Source of the DNA: Dehalococcoidia bacterium
GTDB lineage: Bacteria; Chloroflexota; Dehalococcoidia; Plut-88900
Direction of reading: 5' to 3'
Assembly (NCBI GenBank): GCA_965249275.1
Contig: CBDFLQ010000006.1
Span: 96,001-160,000 of the forward strand
Length of the DNA: 64,000 nt
This document shows, piece after piece, positions 61,786 to 64,000 of this stretch (position 1 is its first letter; each line of letters starts with the position of its first letter). The notes beneath the pieces were generated by a model that saw only the letters and a program-made list of their open reading frames with translations, was not told where the DNA came from and did not search any database. The translations under genes and the position numbers were made by a program.

Positions 61786-62604
61786 TTAGGCGTGGGCCAG
61801 CACGCCGCAAAAGGCCTCGTAGTCGATTAGTTCCGTGACCGTGGGGTTGTCTCCGCACACCGGGCAGTCCGGGTCACGACGCACCTTCACCTGCCTGAAC
61901 TCCATGTCTAGCGCATCGAAGATCATCAGCCGGCCCGTCAGCGGTTCACCAAGCCCGAGCAGCAACTTTATCGTCTCGATTGCCTGGATAGTTCCTATGA
62001 TGCCAGGAAGAACGCCCAGCACTCCGGCCTCGGCGCAACTGGGCACCATGCCGGGGGGAGGGGGGTCCGGGTAGAGGCAGCGGTAGCAGCCCTTGTCATG
62101 GGTGAACACCGAGGCCTGTCCCTCGAACAGGAATATGCTGCCGTGCACGTTCGGCTTCTTGGTCATCACACAGGCGTCATTGACCAGGTACCGCGTGGGG
62201 AAGTTGTCCGTGCCATCCACGATAACGTCGTAGTCGGCCATTATCTCGAAGATATTCTCGGAAGTGAGGCGTACGGGGTGGGATATGACGTTGACGTCCG
62301 GGTTGATGCCCTTGAGCGTGTCCGTCGCCGAGTCCACCTTTGGCCTCCCCACGTCACTGTTTCGATGCAGTATCTGCCTCTGCAGGTTGGTGAGGTCTAC
62401 TACGTCGAAATCTACGATCCCCAAAGTCCCGACCCCCGCAGCTGCCAAGTACAGCGCTGTCGGCGATCCAAGACCCCCTGCCCCGATCAGAAGCACCTTT
62501 GAGTCAAGCAGTTTTCTCTGCCCTTTGCTCCCGACCTGCGGCATTATAAGATGTCTGCTGTATCTCTGGACTTGTTCTTTAGTGAAAGCGAGCGATGTTG
62601 CCAT
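61786..62604 (-). CDS. moeB: MoeB/ThiF adenylyltransferase
   Basis: RYSRH, GAGGLG, NLQRQ, DNFPTRY, CYRC, CPVC. Confidence 0.9.
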   Translation of the reverse strand: MATSLAFTKEQVQRYSRHLIMPQVGSKGQRKLLDSKVLLIGAGGLGSPTALYLAAAGVGTLGIVDFDVVDLTNLQRQILHRNSDVGRPKVDSATDTLKGINPDVNVISHPVRLTSENIFEIMADYDVIVDGTDNFPTRYLVNDACVMTKKPNVHGSIFLFEGQASVFTHDKGCYRCLYPDPPPPGMVPSCAEAGVLGVLPGIIGTIQAIETIKLLLGLGEPLTGRLMIFDALDMEFRQVKVRRDPDCPVCGDNPTVTELIDYEAFCGVLAHA

Positions 62605-62759
62605 TAAGACAATTCCTCCGAGGGATTCATGCCTGTTTTTTCGGCCTGTCCATCCCCTTTTCCGCTATCCAAGGACGATATATGATAACATAGCGTTCGC
62701 TCCCCTTCAATTTGGGGGCTAGCTAAGAAACGATAACACTGACCGGAGATACCGATCCC

Positions 62760-63401
62760 ATGGACACCATACAGTTAGCCGTAGATGTTCGCGAAGCGAT
62801 GGGCAAGAAGGCCCGATTCCTGAGGCGTGACGGCCTCACCCCCGCCAATATCTACGGCCGAAACCTCGATTCCGTCGCCCTCCAACTCCCCTCCGCCGAC
62901 CTTATCCAGGCACTGTCCCAGGGAGGCCAAAACGCTGTCCTGGACGTCAAGGTTAAGGGTGAGAAAACTGCCAGAACTGCCGTTATTCGCAACATCCAAC
63001 GCAATCCCGTCACCGACGTGGTAATCCACGTTGACTTCCTCCAGGTGGACGTAACGAGGGCCATAACCTCCGACGTGCCTCTGGTGTTCGTCGGAGAGTC
63101 TCCCTTGCCCAAGACGCAGACAGTGATATCTCAGATACTCGCATCCATACAGGTCTCCGGGCTGCCCATGCAAATCCCGAACTCAATTGAGGTAGACGTT
63201 TCGGTGCTGGAGGAAATAGATCAGTCGATATTCGTGCGTGACCTCAACCTCCCCGACGACATTGAGGTCCTCACAGACGGTGATCAGATGATAGTCAGGG
63301 CCACTCCGGGCCGCGTCGCCGAGGTGCTCCCCGGAGAGGAAACGGAGGACGCCGAAGCCGGGATTCCCACCGAGGACGCCCCCGAATCCGAAGAATCCTA
63401 A
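62760..63401 (+). CDS. rplY: 50S ribosomal protein L25/Ctc
   Basis: LRRDGLTPANIYG, HVDF, IPNSIEVDVS. Confidence 0.93.
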   Translation: MDTIQLAVDVREAMGKKARFLRRDGLTPANIYGRNLDSVALQLPSADLIQALSQGGQNAVLDVKVKGEKTARTAVIRNIQRNPVTDVVIHVDFLQVDVTRAITSDVPLVFVGESPLPKTQTVISQILASIQVSGLPMQIPNSIEVDVSVLEEIDQSIFVRDLNLPDDIEVLTDGDQMIVRATPGRVAEVLPGEETEDAEAGIPTEDAPESEES

Positions 63402-63443
63402 CCCCCTGCCCTTGTCCTCCTGTCAATCTGAGGCTCCTTCTCT

Positions 63444-63480
63444 GTAATTCCGAGGCTCCGCGAGGAATCTGGGACTTGCC
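63444..63480 (+). repeat. REP-like family A
   Basis: GTAATTCCGAGGCTCCGCGAGGAATCTGGGACTTGCC. Confidence 0.75.
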
Positions 63481-63533
63481 TAGCTTCGTCTCTCCTCTGT
63501 ATGTCGCGCCCCATCCACCCTTTCTCGCCCCCA

Positions 63534-63581
63534 TTGACACCCTCTGTCTACTTTGTTATTATTTCCTTAGAACGCCCGTTC
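63534..63581 (+). promoter_or_regulatory. lexA promoter and SOS box
   Basis: TTGACA-N17-TATTAT, then GAACGCCCGTTC (63570-63581). Confidence 0.85.
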
Positions 63582-63596
63582 CCAACAGAGGTGCGC

Positions 63597-64000
63597 ATGA
63601 AAGCTTTGTCAAAAAAACGTAAGCAAGTCCTTGACGCTATCACCGGCTTTATGGACCGGCACAAGTATCCTCCCAGCGTCCGGGACGTCGTCCAGATTTG
63701 CAGTATGAGTTCTACCTCAGTGGCCGACTACCACCTTAAGGCCCTCGAGAGGGAGGGCTACATCCGTAGGGAGTCGGGCGTGTCCCGGGGAATAGAAGTC
63801 ATCGGCTACGACGGTCGGGACGCCGACATCTTCAGGGCCCCACTCCTGGGTTATATCGCCGCCGGCGAGCCTCTTCCAGTTCCCACCTCAGAACCCTGGG
63901 CTTCCCTTGAAACCCTCGAAATTCCCGAGGACATGGTTGGCGGCAGGGAGAATGTCTACGCCCTCAAAGTCAAGGGCACTTCAATGATCGACGCCCTCAT
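63597..64000 (+). CDS. lexA: SOS repressor LexA, truncated at the window edge
   Basis: Manual translation: MKALSKKRKQVL...YPPSVRD...STSVADYHLKALEREGYIRR...SRGI...IAAGEP...LKVKGTSMIDA. Confidence 0.95.
   Translation, partial: MKALSKKRKQVLDAITGFMDRHKYPPSVRDVVQICSMSSTSVADYHLKALEREGYIRRESGVSRGIEVIGYDGRDADIFRAPLLGYIAAGEPLPVPTSEPWASLETLEIPEDMVGGRENVYALKVKGTSMIDAL

Overview
GC-rich bacterial chromosomal segment. Gene content (luciferase-like oxidoreductase, several Zn-ADHs and an SDR, PAC2 protein, DnaB-DnaD-double-AAA loader, LexA with a Gram-positive-type GAAC-N4-GTTC box) points to Chloroflexota, probably Dehalococcoidia/SAR202-like; this is inference. Most of the window is housekeeping: tetrapyrrole/siroheme operon with fused ahbAB, purL/purQ, rpsU, sufBCDSU, fumC, ribF-tyrS, ligA-pth, glnA, moeB, rplY and lexA. 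Accessory features are an IS5 inserted into a REP-like repeat, a probable MITE, a UGA-recoded GrdB-like selenoprotein with a SECIS hairpin, and a low-GC Swt1/HEPN-NB-ARC-TPR candidate defence gene. The most notable finding is a family of three paralogous, highly structured intergenic elements (about 33.07-33.64, 45.88-46.29 and 52.35-52.78 kb). Each sits behind an identically built sigma70 promoter carrying a LexA-like operator, and each is closed by a co-varying long-range stem (ATGGAAG.../...CTTCCAT). They are candidates for an undescribed SOS-inducible large ncRNA or a non-autonomous mobile element. All calls come from reading motifs by eye; no database search or folding program was run.
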